Source: Acidobacteriota bacterium | GTDB lineage: Bacteria; Acidobacteriota; UBA890; WLXD01 | Assembly: GCA_963666055.2 (NCBI GenBank) | Contig: CAXWPH010000015.1 | Location: 192,001-256,000, forward strand | Length of the DNA: 64,000 bases | Direction of reading: 5' to 3' | Part shown: positions 35,279-45,243 of the stretch, piece by piece | How positions within the stretch are numbered: the stretch's first letter is position 1 | How the letters are laid out: every line of letters begins with the position of its first letter | The notes under the pieces: generated by a model | What the model saw: only the letters and a program-made list of their open reading frames with translations | What the model was told of the DNA's origin: nothing | Databases searched by the model: none | Position numbers and translations under genes: made by a program

Positions 35279-37723
35279 CTACCAGTCGAACGAGCGCGTC
35301 ACCTTCAACGTTAGGGTGCGGTCGTGGCGGCCGAACTGGAAGCCATCGTACTCGCCGGCCTGACGGTACACCAGGTAGATATCGTCGCCGATGCGATAGA
35401 TGTAGCGCAGACGCGCGAAGATCGACACGGTGTTGAAAAGGTTGTTGTACTGCACCAACGCGTCGGTGAGCCAGCGGTCCGAGAAGCTGTAGCTGGCGCG
35501 TGCGTTGAGCAAGTTAGAGATGAAGCTGCCGCCCGGCAGGTCGATCTTGTTGTAGCTGAAGGCGGGGGACAGCTGCAGCTTCTCGCTGAACCGAATCGTC
35601 ACTTCCGGTGATAGCGACAGGATCGTGCCGTCAAAGAATTGACCGAACGTGCCCATCGTGGCGGCGCTGATCCTGCGCCCGTCGAAGGTGAACGCGAACA
35701 CGTCCAAACTGTTGAACTCGTACTCGCCGGGAGGGATCGTCACTTCCGGATGGATCTGGAAGGGGAAATCCAGTCGCTCGAAGGTGTTGAGGTAGGCGAC
35801 GCCGATCGCATCTCCGGACTCGAAGTTCAAGAACGCTCCTGCGGACCCCTGTCGCGTCACGAGGTCCCCGCGCGTGTCGTGAAAGGTAGTAAAAAAGGTG
35901 TCGAAGGTCACCGAACGTAGCCACGAGACATCAGGCCGAGGGTTGAATGACGCTAGGTAGTCGCGCCGCACAACGTCCTCGCGAAGAACAAATCCCAGGT
36001 CGCTGCGGAAGCCGGGGTCGATGCGCATCACATCGACGCTGGCGGTCCACAGATCGCTTTGCCACCCGATGCGGAACTGGCCGGCGTACTTGCCCTCCTC
36101 GAGGTCGTCGTCGATGGCTCGGGCACCGAAAGCCGAGATGTTGAGGTTGTCGAGAAACGTGAAGCTGACGTCGGCGCCCACCACCGTGTTCGTGTGCCCG
36201 TCGGGTCCTTCGACGTTGGTCACCAGCGCGCCGACGGACGATCGCTCGAGGACATCCTGTCGCCAGCGCAGGGCCGTGTAGTTGCGCCCCTCGCCGAACT
36301 CCGAGTCACCCGTACGGACGTGTAGGAAGCCGAGGTTACCGCTGCCGATCTTGCCGGTCATCTTGGCGCCGAAGTCGATCGGTAGCGGCTCGCCGAACTC
36401 CGACAGCCCGATGTTGCGCGAGTGGAACAATTGAAGCACCGGCGCCTCGAAGCCGCCGGAAAGACCGGACTGCTGCCCGAAGCTGAAGTTGTTGGCGCCC
36501 TCCAGGAAGAAGTCGCGTTTCTCAGGGAAAAACAGGTCGAAGCGTGTCAGGTTGACGCGTTGCTCATCGAGCTCGACCTGGGCGAAGTCGGTGTTGTAGG
36601 TCAGGTCGGCGGTCAGGTTCGAGGTGAGCTGGATCTTGAGATCGTCGATGCCGAGCTGCTCGTCGACGTTGTTGGTGCGCCCGGGGTCCTCGAACAGCGA
36701 CGTGACGGTGCCAAGAAAGTAGGGCCTTAGACGGAAGCGCTGGGTGACCGACAGGTTCTCGAAGCCGCGCAGGTCGCCGGCCTGCGACACAGCGATGAAC
36801 TGGAAGTCGCGCCGGTAGTTGCTCCAGGCCACCTGCTCGTTCTTGCGCAGGATCTGGCGCTCGAAGTCGACACCCCAATCCGAGGCACCTGCCGAGTAGC
36901 GCAGGATCCGCAGCGGGATCACCAGCTCGGCCTCCCATCCACGCGAGGTGATCTGTGCCGCCGCTTCCCAGGCCTCGTCCCAGTTGGAGTTGACCTCGCG
37001 CTCGTTGCGGATGGTGGCATCGTAGCGCGTGCCAAGCGGGTTGACGGTGAACTGGAACGCGCTGCGGCCGTCGTTGAAGGTATCGAGCAGAACGGTGAAG
37101 GTATCGTCCGACCTACGGAATTGGTGCCCGATCGCGTCGCGTCGCAGCTCGGTGGCTATGATGGCGCTCGGGTCACTGTCGTAGGCGATCAGGCCGACAT
37201 AGAGGTTCTCGTCGTCGTAGAGAATACGGACCTCGGTGCGCTCGGTTGCAGGCTGACCTTCCCGCGGCTCGCGTTGCAGGAAGTTGGTGGCGACATCGGC
37301 CAGCGTCCAGCTGGATTCGTCCACGATACCGTCCATCACGGGCGGCTCGACGGCGCGGACGACGTTCATGCTGGCAGCGGCGCTATCGGGTGCGGGCGCG
37401 CCGTCCGGCTCCTGAGGCGACGATCCTACCGCCGGCACCGGGAAGGCTGCCGAGATCGCCAGGCTCGCCAGTGTGAGCGACGCGAGAGCACAATGCCATC
37501 GCGCCCGTCCTCGGCACCACCGAGTCCGACCGTTTCGAGCCACACGGCAAGCTCGCGCGCCACGGCCAGCGTAGCGGAAGCCGTGGGCCCCACCGGCACA
37601 AGCGCCCCCGCTGGTGAGGAAGCTTCCGTGCGGGCCCCTTTCCCACGTCGGCTCTTCGACCTCATGAGTTCCAGTTGCCCCTTTGGGGTCGTCAAGAACG
37701 GCGTGTAGAGACATTCTTCGCAT
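35279..37723 (-). CDS. CBM9-like plus DUF5916 outer-membrane protein; start uncertain
   Basis: PVMDGIVDE..W, TERTEVRILYDDENLY, NTDFAQVELD, LFFPEKRDFFLEG. Confidence 0.85.
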   Translation of the reverse strand: MRRMSLHAVLDDPKGATGTHEVEEPTWERGPHGSFLTSGGACAGGAHGFRYAGRGARACRVARNGRTRWCRGRARWHCALASLTLASLAISAAFPVPAVGSSPQEPDGAPAPDSAAASMNVVRAVEPPVMDGIVDESSWTLADVATNFLQREPREGQPATERTEVRILYDDENLYVGLIAYDSDPSAIIATELRRDAIGHQFRRSDDTFTVLLDTFNDGRSAFQFTVNPLGTRYDATIRNEREVNSNWDEAWEAAAQITSRGWEAELVIPLRILRYSAGASDWGVDFERQILRKNEQVAWSNYRRDFQFIAVSQAGDLRGFENLSVTQRFRLRPYFLGTVTSLFEDPGRTNNVDEQLGIDDLKIQLTSNLTADLTYNTDFAQVELDEQRVNLTRFDLFFPEKRDFFLEGANNFSFGQQSGLSGGFEAPVLQLFHSRNIGLSEFGEPLPIDFGAKMTGKIGSGNLGFLHVRTGDSEFGEGRNYTALRWRQDVLERSSVGALVTNVEGPDGHTNTVVGADVSFTFLDNLNISAFGARAIDDDLEEGKYAGQFRIGWQSDLWTASVDVMRIDPGFRSDLGFVLREDVVRRDYLASFNPRPDVSWLRSVTFDTFFTTFHDTRGDLVTRQGSAGAFLNFESGDAIGVAYLNTFERLDFPFQIHPEVTIPPGEYEFNSLDVFAFTFDGRRISAATMGTFGQFFDGTILSLSPEVTIRFSEKLQLSPAFSYNKIDLPGGSFISNLLNARASYSFSDRWLTDALVQYNNLFNTVSIFARLRYIYRIGDDIYLVYRQAGEYDGFQFGRHDRTLTLKVTRSFDW

Positions 37724-37938
37724 TCTGTGTTCCTGCTGAACAAGGGCTTTGTTCCGAGTCGCACGCAGAGCGTGCCCAACCGCTGGTTTCGGCGAACGTA
37801 CCGTCACTCGCTCGATCGAACGATACGGTCGTCTCGAGCCTGTTTCGGTGCGCTTCATGCCACGGTCGTTTGCCGTCACGCATCACGGTCGTATTGTTGA
37901 GCAGTTACGAGCGGCGCGCACGACGGCTGTAACGGATC

Positions 37939-39066
37939 ATGAGGGGTATGCAGTTGACCAAGACGTCGCTGGACTCGGTGCGATGGCGCTTGCTGTACGC
38001 CATCACCGCGTGGGCAGGGATCGCCACGCTACTGCTTGCGACGAGCTGGGGCGACGAGCACCGTAACCGGCTCATCTGGGCGGTCAGCGACTCGCTTGGT
38101 CTCGCCATCTGGGCACTCCTCGGTGTGGCCCTCTACCCTGTCCTGGCGGCGCCGTGGTCCCGACGCGGAGCTTGGGCGCGGAGAGTGCCTCTGTTGCTGC
38201 TTGCCTGGCTCTGCGGAAGCCTGGCAGGACACATGGTCGAGGTAGTAGTCGATGTGATCTGGCTCGATCTGCAGACGGGTCAATGCGGCGTGGCCTGCTC
38301 CATATTGCGCCGATTCACCCACTGGGGACTCCTGCCAGTACTGTTTCTACACCTACCCGGGTTTGTCGGCCTGCTTGCTCTGTGCACAATCGTGGTGTTG
38401 TTGGACCGCTCTCGCCAGCGAAAGGCTTCGCACGCTGTACTGATGGCGGAGCTTGCGGACGCTCGTCTGACGAATCTGCGCGCCCAGCTGCAGCCACACT
38501 TCCTGTTCAACACGCTCAACACTGCCGCCAGCCTGGCGGGCACCGACTCGCGAGCAGCGATCGAGTTGCTGTCGGAGTTGAGTTCGCTGCTCCGCAGGGC
38601 GTCTTCGGCAGGCGACAGCCACTTCGCTACGATTGCGGAAGAGGTCGCCTTCCTCCGCAGCTACATTGCGATCATGCAGTATCGCTTCGGCGACCGCATC
38701 GTGGTTGATGTGCATGTCGACAAAGGTATCGAGTCGGGGCTCATTCCTGTTCTGACGCTTCAGCCTCTAGTGGAGAACGCATATGTACATGGGCCTGGAG
38801 CCTCGCCGAGCGGGGGCAGAATCCGCGTGAGCCTCGTCCGCTCCGGACAACGGATCAAACTGAGCGTCACTGACGAGCTGGCTGGGGCCCCCGGTGTGAG
38901 TGTCACGTCCGGCCAGGGCGTAGCACTAGAGAACCTCGAGGCGCGTTTGTCGCACCTGTACGGCGCCGAAGATGCCTCGTTACAGACGACGTCAAAGGGG
39001 GATGCGGGATTTATCGCTACGGTGGAGGTGCCGTTTGTCATCTCCGAGGAGGAAATTTCACCTTGA
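37939..39066 (+). CDS. LytS-type membrane histidine kinase
   Basis: LRAQLQPHFLFNTLN, LQPLVENA, GVALENL. Confidence 0.92.
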   Translation: MRGMQLTKTSLDSVRWRLLYAITAWAGIATLLLATSWGDEHRNRLIWAVSDSLGLAIWALLGVALYPVLAAPWSRRGAWARRVPLLLLAWLCGSLAGHMVEVVVDVIWLDLQTGQCGVACSILRRFTHWGLLPVLFLHLPGFVGLLALCTIVVLLDRSRQRKASHAVLMAELADARLTNLRAQLQPHFLFNTLNTAASLAGTDSRAAIELLSELSSLLRRASSAGDSHFATIAEEVAFLRSYIAIMQYRFGDRIVVDVHVDKGIESGLIPVLTLQPLVENAYVHGPGASPSGGRIRVSLVRSGQRIKLSVTDELAGAPGVSVTSGQGVALENLEARLSHLYGAEDASLQTTSKGDAGFIATVEVPFVISEEEISP

Positions 39067-39851
39067 GCGCATCCAAGCCGATCCGCGTTCTCGTTGTGGA
39101 TGACGAACAGCCAGGAAGGCAACGCCTAGTTGACTTGCTGGCTCAGCGGGGCGATTGCGAACTGGCGGTAGTCTGTTCGGATGGCAAGCTCGCTTCAGCC
39201 GCAATCAACGAGCATGCTCCAGATCTCGTCCTGCTGGATATCCAGATGCCAGGACTCAGCGGTCTCGAAGTCGTGCGGCGTCTGGGTGGCAACGCACCAC
39301 ATACGATCTTCGTCACAGCATATGCGGAGCACGCACTGACCGCCTTCGAACTGGCTGCCGTCGACTACATCCTGAAGCCTTTTACCGAAGATCGGTTCAA
39401 CGCCAGCGTTGATCGTGCGATCGAGCTGATCCGCTCGGCTCGGACAGGCGCTCGGCTGGCGACACTCCAACATCTGCTGAAATCGCGGGACGGGCGAGTT
39501 GACACTCACGACCGACCGTGGCCGCAACGCGTCGCTGTCGAGAGCCGAGGGAAGCTTCGCATTGTTGCCCTCAACGACGTAACCCACATCACCGCCGATG
39601 GCCCCTACGTGAACCTCCATGCAGGCGATACCACGCACTTGGTCCGTGTCCGGATCAAGGATCTGGAAACAAGACTCGATCCTCAGTCGTTCTGGAGAAT
39701 CCATAGGTCTACCATGGTGAACGTAGATGCGATCGAGTCACTGAACGCGCTGGGGGCCGGAGACTATGTCGTGCGCCTCAAGTCAGGCGAGGAGCTGCGG
39801 CTCAGTAGAACCTTCCGCGACGAGTTGTCGAGTCGCATGGCACTGCTATAG
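39063..39851 (+). CDS. LytTR-family response regulator
   Basis: VVDDE, LLDIQMP, FVTAY, DYILKP, FWRIHRS. Confidence 0.93.
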   Translation: MSASKPIRVLVVDDEQPGRQRLVDLLAQRGDCELAVVCSDGKLASAAINEHAPDLVLLDIQMPGLSGLEVVRRLGGNAPHTIFVTAYAEHALTAFELAAVDYILKPFTEDRFNASVDRAIELIRSARTGARLATLQHLLKSRDGRVDTHDRPWPQRVAVESRGKLRIVALNDVTHITADGPYVNLHAGDTTHLVRVRIKDLETRLDPQSFWRIHRSTMVNVDAIESLNALGAGDYVVRLKSGEELRLSRTFRDELSSRMALL

Positions 39852-39926
39852 CTGAGTCGCCGCCGCAGCGCGTCGATGGCATCGCCTCCAACGCCGGCAG
39901 CCTCGAAGTGATGGTTGGCGTGCCGA

Positions 39927-39989
39927 TCACTGGACGTCGGCGTCGCCTTGCCCGGCAGCCAGACGGTACCAGCAGACGGCGTCGGCATG
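39927..39989 (-). pseudogene. Single Sel1-repeat remnant
   Basis: HADAVCWYRLAAGQGDADVQ*. Confidence 0.6.
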
Positions 39990-39999
39990 GCTCCTCAGG

Positions 40000-40251
40000 T
40001 GTAGAGCGATCGCCCCGGCGTGCTTGCGCTCGTGGGCACTGCCGGCAGATCGGGTGGATGGTGTCGCGGTCCCAGAAGCGCTCGGGAGCTAGGTGGGCGG
40101 GTTCGATGTGGTCGAGCTGCTCGGCACCGACCGTGAAGCCCGCCTCGGCGCAGGGACGGCACAACGGCTCGTCTCGGGGGATTCCGGCGCGCCACCGGCG
40201 ATACCGGCGATGCCACCGCATTCTTCGGAGAGTTTCGGTCTCGGTCGGCAT
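40000..40251 (-). pseudogene. HNH endonuclease remnant (copy 2)
   Basis: EPLCRPCAEAGFTVGAEQLDHIEP..FWDRDTIHPICRQC, then a frameshift. Confidence 0.82.
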
Positions 40252-40261
40252 GCTCTCAGTC

Positions 40262-40375
40262 TAAATGTGTGTGTGTAAATGTACTGGGGGGCGACGGTAT
40301 CCGGGGGTCATGGGGCTGGAACTTCGATGGCCCCCCGTTGAACAGGAATGCCCGGGCATGGACAGACGCCGGCGG
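40262..40375 (-). repeat. cos-like motif (copy 3)
   Basis: CCTGTTCAACGGGGGGCCATCGAAGT..CCCGGATACCG..CCCCCAG, immediately upstream of the HNH start. Confidence 0.6.
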
Positions 40376-40569
40376 TACCTTTCACCGACTCGGTCGCTGG
40401 GACCCGTCGAGCGACTTCACGAGATCTGCTACTGGAGCGGACGGGACGCCCCGCCCGGCGTCCCCGTTGCAAGTAGCGCCGACGGCAAGTGAGCACCGTG
40501 CCCGCTACCCGTCCCCCCGGGACGGTGCGCTTCCAATGTGCTGCGTCGACGGGATCTCGTCCCCAGGGC

Positions 40570-42517
40570 TCAATTCACGCCGCCTTCACTTGTCTGGCGC
40601 AGTGCAGCGAGCACTCGCTCGGGCGTGAACGGTGTTTGATACAAACGGATTCCCACCGCGTCGTGGATGGCGTCGGCGACGGCCGGCGCGATCGCCGGGC
40701 AGGGCATCTCGCCGACACCCCGTGGACCGTTGTTCGGGTACGCCTGCAGCCAGGCGATGTCGATCTCGGGAGTGTGACGAAAGCTGGGCACTTCGTAGTC
40801 GCCGAACACACGCGCATGGACCTGATGGCGATCGGCGACGAGATTCTCCACCAGGCAGTATCCGATGCCCCACATGATCGCCCCGCGGACGTTGACGGTG
40901 CAGTTGCGCCGATTGATGACCGTACCAATGTCAAGTGCACAGCAGACACGCTTTACCCGCACGACTCCCGTCTTGCGGTTAACCTTGACCTCGACGAAGA
41001 AGACCCCGAGCTCGCGCGCCCCGTGATTGATGACAGACACACCGAGCCCGTGATCCGGCTGCCGCATGTACGTGCTGTACCGGATCAAATCGGCGCCTGA
41101 ACTCAACAGCTCGTTGAACGCTTCGAGCTGCACGTTGCGTCTTCGGAACTCGACCCGGTCGATCCCGGCCAGCTCCGCTAGATGGCTCATGTGGCTCTCC
41201 ACTGCGAAGCTGACCTGCATGAAGCTAGTACCGCGGACCACCGCGTGGCGCAAAGGCAGCTGGGTCTTGTACAAACGCGTGCGCGAGTTGGGCACCTTGT
41301 AGGTATCCAGCGTGCCGTGACCCGTGTCGTTGATGATGTCGATGTGACGGGTATCAATGGTGCCGTCGGCATTAAGGGTGCTGCTGATATCGATCACACA
41401 CGGCTCTTTGGCGCGCGCCCGGCCGACGAACTGGTCCGCACGGCTGTAAACGTACTTCACCGGCGCCCCGGCAAACCGCGACAGCTCCGCCGCCTCGCCG
41501 CCGACGGTGTTGGAGATCTTGCCTCCGTAGCCCCCGCCAACAGGCATGCCGGCCACCCGCACCTTGCCCGCACCTAGGCCGAGGCGCCGAGCGATCAAGG
41601 CCCGTTGCAGGTGGGGTCCCTGGCTTGCCACCCACACGGTGGTGCCGTCCAGCCGCACGTCAGCGACAGCGCTGTCAGTCTCCAGCGGTGCTTGCGTGGT
41701 GAAGTGCGTGATGTACGTTTCGCTCAGGCGCACGCCGCCACCGGGTCCAGGAGCATCGACATTCCCTATATTCTCGATCTCGGTGACCAGTTGAGCGCCC
41801 CGACGGATGTCGCGTTCGAGATTGAGCTTGGCGCGGCCCGGAGGCTTGCGCCAGCGAGCGGTGATTGCCTTCAACCCCAGCTCGACGGCGTGGTAACTGT
41901 CGCCGATCACTGCGGGGCGGCCACGGACGATTCCTACTTTGGCTACTCCGGGCACCGTACGCGCCCTGTCCAGGTCAGCCGAGATAAGAGGGCTCAGGTG
42001 CTCGTGATACGGCGACCGAAGGTATGCACCGTACAGCAGCCCGCCGGGACCGAGATCTCCGACATACTGCTGCGCACCGGTCACGATGTCGCGAGCCCGG
42101 ACATCGTCCAGACCTCTGTCCACGTACGACCCGGACAGCTCCTGGCGCGCTGGCGGCTCCAAGTCCACGAGCACGACACTGGAGACAACCAGCTGGCTCA
42201 TGCCCACGGTCATGCTCGGGTCTGAGGCCGACACGACACCGCCGCGCCGGACCTGGACTTGCTCCGGGTCCAGTCCCAGAATCTCTGCCCCGGCCCGCCG
42301 CAGCGACATCGAAGCGGCCAGCGCAGTTTGCCAAAACCCCCATCCCACCTGCTGTGTGGCACTGCTGCCCTCGGTAGTTCCATCGTCCGGACACAGCTCT
42401 GTGTCGCCCATCACCACGTCGACTGCCTTGGGCGATATCTCGAGTGCCTGGCTGACGAGGGCGACGATGACTGTCTCCAGACCCTGGCCGATCTCGGTGA
42501 TCGCCAGGCCCGGGAAT
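40570..42517 (-). pseudogene. Xanthine dehydrogenase-family molybdopterin-binding subunit, probably N-terminally truncated
   Basis: EIGQG, VMGDT, VGGGYGGK, GAIMWGIG, GVGE, GIRLYQTPFTPERV; no start or partner subunits upstream, where an IS end lies instead. Confidence 0.8.
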
Positions 42518-42588
42518 CAGACGATCAGCAGCACGGATCGCCCGACTAGAGAGTCTCTACCGCTTCAATGCCCAACCCTTGGGCAAAA

Positions 42589-42636
42589 CACCGAGCCACT
42601 GAGACAGGACGTGGTATTAACCGTGGGGGCTGGTCA
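42589..42636 (+). mobile_element. Diverged solo IS3 right end
   Basis: caccgagccactgagacaggacgtggtattaaccgtgggggctggtca aligns with 27646-27693. Confidence 0.78.
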
Positions 42637-42677
42637 GTCTTCGTCCAGGCTTGAGCACACAGGGGAGTATTCGAGCG

Positions 42678-43373
42678 ATGTTTTTCTTCGATCCGACGTA
42701 TCTGGTGTTCATCCTACCGGGATTGGCTCTGTCGCTCTGGGCAAGCTTCCGCACGAAGTCGGCATTCCGGAAATATTCGAAAGTGCGGTGTGCGCGCCAC
42801 CTCACCGGCGCCCAGGCCGCCCGCCTCATGCTCGACCGCGCAGGGCTGCACGACGTGAGCATTGGGCGGTCACACGGCGTACTCTCGGACCATTACAATC
42901 CGGCCACGCGCCGCTTGGCATTGTCGAAGGACGTCCACGATGCCGCCTCGATTGCGGCGATCGGCGTGGCCACGCACGAAGCCGGCCATGCCATACAGCA
43001 TGCGGCCCACTACGCCCCCCTCTGGCTGCGGAGCACACTCGTGCCCACGGCCAACATCGGTTCGTCGATCGGCTACGTCGTGATGATGATCGGACTGTTT
43101 ATGGCATCGCAGTCTTTGGTGGCCGTTGGCGCGGTCCTGTTCTCGGCGGTCCTTCTGTTCCAGGTGGTGACTCTTCCCGTGGAGTTCGATGCCACCGCTC
43201 GCGCCAAGAAACTCGTGGTGGAGTACGGGATAATCAGTGAGCACGAGCGGGCGGGCATGGACCGCGTGTTGAACGCCGCCGCGCTCACCTACGTGGCCGC
43301 CGTGGTCAGCACGCTCCTGACCCTGCTCTACTTCTTGATGCGGGCTGGCTTGCTAGGCGGCCGGGACGACTAA
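42678..43373 (+). CDS. YugP-family neutral zinc metallopeptidase
   Basis: LSDHYNP, VATHEAGHAIQH, TLPVEFDA, AAALTYVAA. Confidence 0.92.
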   Translation: MFFFDPTYLVFILPGLALSLWASFRTKSAFRKYSKVRCARHLTGAQAARLMLDRAGLHDVSIGRSHGVLSDHYNPATRRLALSKDVHDAASIAAIGVATHEAGHAIQHAAHYAPLWLRSTLVPTANIGSSIGYVVMMIGLFMASQSLVAVGAVLFSAVLLFQVVTLPVEFDATARAKKLVVEYGIISEHERAGMDRVLNAAALTYVAAVVSTLLTLLYFLMRAGLLGGRDD

Positions 43374-43430
43374 CGGTGCTTTCCGAGTAGGTTGTTCACA
43401 TCGGGGCCTTCTGAGACCAATGGGGTAACC

Positions 43431-43505
43431 GGGACCAACCTTGGTGTGCCCATTGCGGTGCTGCCACCGCGGATCTTCCGCGTCGGCGCCAGCGTGAGTT
43501 TCTGA
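43431..43505 (+). pseudogene. C-terminal remnant of a TonB-dependent receptor
   Basis: GTNLGVPIAVLPPRIFRVGASVSF*. Confidence 0.55.
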
Positions 43506-43659
43506 GGCGCACCGTGCTGATCTGAGCTGTCGGGTCCGGGCGGGTGGCGGCGTCCCATCGTGTATCGCGGCCTGGCCTCTCGGCTCCTACCTGAGCGAGC
43601 CCGCATGCGCGTCGGCGGGGGAGGTGCAGAACTCGGGATTGGCGGGGCCGATTCCAAGA

Positions 43660-43775
43660 CCCGGTACGAAGAAGCTGCTCCAGGAGAGAAAGCAGATCGA
43701 AGAGGAATTCGGTGACAGTCTTACCTGGCACAACGCCGAGAACGCTCAAGCGTGCCGAGTGTATGTTCAGAGGGG
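43660..43775 (+). pseudogene. DUF4268-like fragment
   Basis: LLQERKQIEEEFGDSLTWHNAENAQACRVYV. Confidence 0.55.
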
Positions 43776-43811
43776 CACCGTGATCCGTACTGCCCTGCGG
43801 CGGGCCTCCCG

Positions 43812-44060
43812 GCGGAGCGCATCCACCAGGAAGAGCTGTCGATCCGCGTCAAGCGCCGCTGCAAGTGGAACGAGCCACAGGCGAATGTCGCTGCCGGCTC
43901 TAGCGCGCCGAACGAGCGCTGGAGCATGGCCTTCATCACCGACCAACTGCACAGCGGCCGCTAGTTCCCCATGGTGACGGTCGTGGATCACTTGACTCGT
44001 GACTGCCCGGTGCTGGAGGCCGGTGTGTCGATGAGCGGGCAACTAGTGGCAACGTGCATA
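43812..44060 (+). mobile_element. IS3-family orfB fragment
   Basis: APNERWSMAFITDQLHSGR*FPMVTVVDHLTRDC. Confidence 0.75.
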
Positions 44061-44199
44061 AGCGTCTGTCGGTGCAGCGGCCCGTCACTGAAGGGCTGGC
44101 CGGCGAGTGGACACTCGGTGATGGTCAGCTTCTCGAGTCAGTAGATGGATGCGGCGCGGACTCGGGGCCCTCGGAGCGGCAGCGGGAGTCATTTGCCCG

Positions 44200-44385
44200 C
44201 CAGCTCGACCAGATGTGGTCGATGTGCTCCGCTGCGACCGTGAATCCCGCTTCGGCGCAGGAACGGCATAACGGCTCGTTCCGGAGGATTGCGGAGCGCC
44301 ATCGCTGGTAGCGGCCGCTCGATCGCATCCGGCGGACGACTTCGGGATCTGTCGGTGTTTTTCGGGGTCTCATTCTCGTGGACAT
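44200..44385 (-). pseudogene. HNH endonuclease remnant (copy 3), truncated after DHI
   Basis: RYQRWRSAILRNEPLCRSCAEAGFTVAAEHIDHI. Confidence 0.8.
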
Positions 44386-44394
44386 AATATGCTC

Positions 44395-44490
44395 AAAATT
44401 TTCCGTTGCTTACAAGTCGTAAGGCACTCGACGGTCTAGAGTGGTAGCCCGCCGTTTACTTTGATGCCCCCCCCCCCCCCCCCCCCTAAA
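44395..44490 (-). repeat. cos-like motif (copy 4) with an expanded G20 tract
   Basis: G20-CATCAAAGTAAAC..AGACCG..AGTGCCTTACGACTTGTAAGCAACGGAA. Confidence 0.6.
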
Positions 44491-44886
44491 CGACTGTGCC
44501 CTATAGGGTTACGCGGGTGGACGGACGGCGCTAGAGCGCGCGCGAGCGTGGGCCCATAAATGCGTGTTAGGGGCTCGAGATCTCAGCAGCGTGGTGGTGG
44601 CCAGCTGGCGCAGTCGGCGCGCGGTGGTGGCCTCGACGATCGCCCCTGTACCACATGTACCACGTGGTCCTGTTTTGGACGTATGGGCGCGGGCCCCCGT
44701 CGTAGGTGGTGCAATATTCGAGGGCCTGGGGATCTTCTCGCCTAGTGTGGCTCCAGGCGGAGCGCGAGGCCCATAGCGCCCTAAGTGGGCCTCGAGCGCG
44801 TTAGGCGGGCCCGTGGTGGCGCACCACTCGGCGCGGCCGGTGGTGGTGTGCCGATGTGGTGCTCGAGCGCCGGCGCGAACGCCTAA

Positions 44887-45243
44887 TCAGATGGTCTCTA
44901 CCGCCTCGATGCCAGCGGCCTCTAGCAACCGCTTGACCAGCCAGCCGAGTTCCCCGCCATTGTCCTGTGTCAGCGCATCCACGACCGCGCTCTCGTCGTC
45001 GCACACGTAGGCGGCGAAGCAATCGAGCTCGCCGTCCCGACGAGAGCGGCCGACGACGTGTAGCACGAACGGACGCGGGCCGCTCGCCGACGCGCAGCGG
45101 TACAGCGCGAGGCTCGTTGACGCCGAAGCGCTTGCGGTCCGCGCACGATGCGTGGCATCCGCCCTCCGCATCAGCTTCGTGGCATGCAACGCCATGCCTG
45201 CCGACTCTTGCTCTACGTACTCACGTACCGTCAGCGGCGCCAA
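44887..45243 (-). CDS. Hypothetical protein of the satellite-like element
   Basis: 118-aa ORF overlapping the end of the primase-like gene. Confidence 0.45.
   Translation of the reverse strand: MAPLTVREYVEQESAGMALHATKLMRRADATHRARTASASASTSLALYRCASASGPRPFVLHVVGRSRRDGELDCFAAYVCDDESAVVDALTQDNGGELGWLVKRLLEAAGIEAVETI

Noticed and set aside
42515-42525. Possible selenocysteine TGA ahead of the Xdh-family subunit
   Set aside because: No homology continues upstream, no SECIS-like hairpin was recognised, and an IS end lies about 70 bp away.
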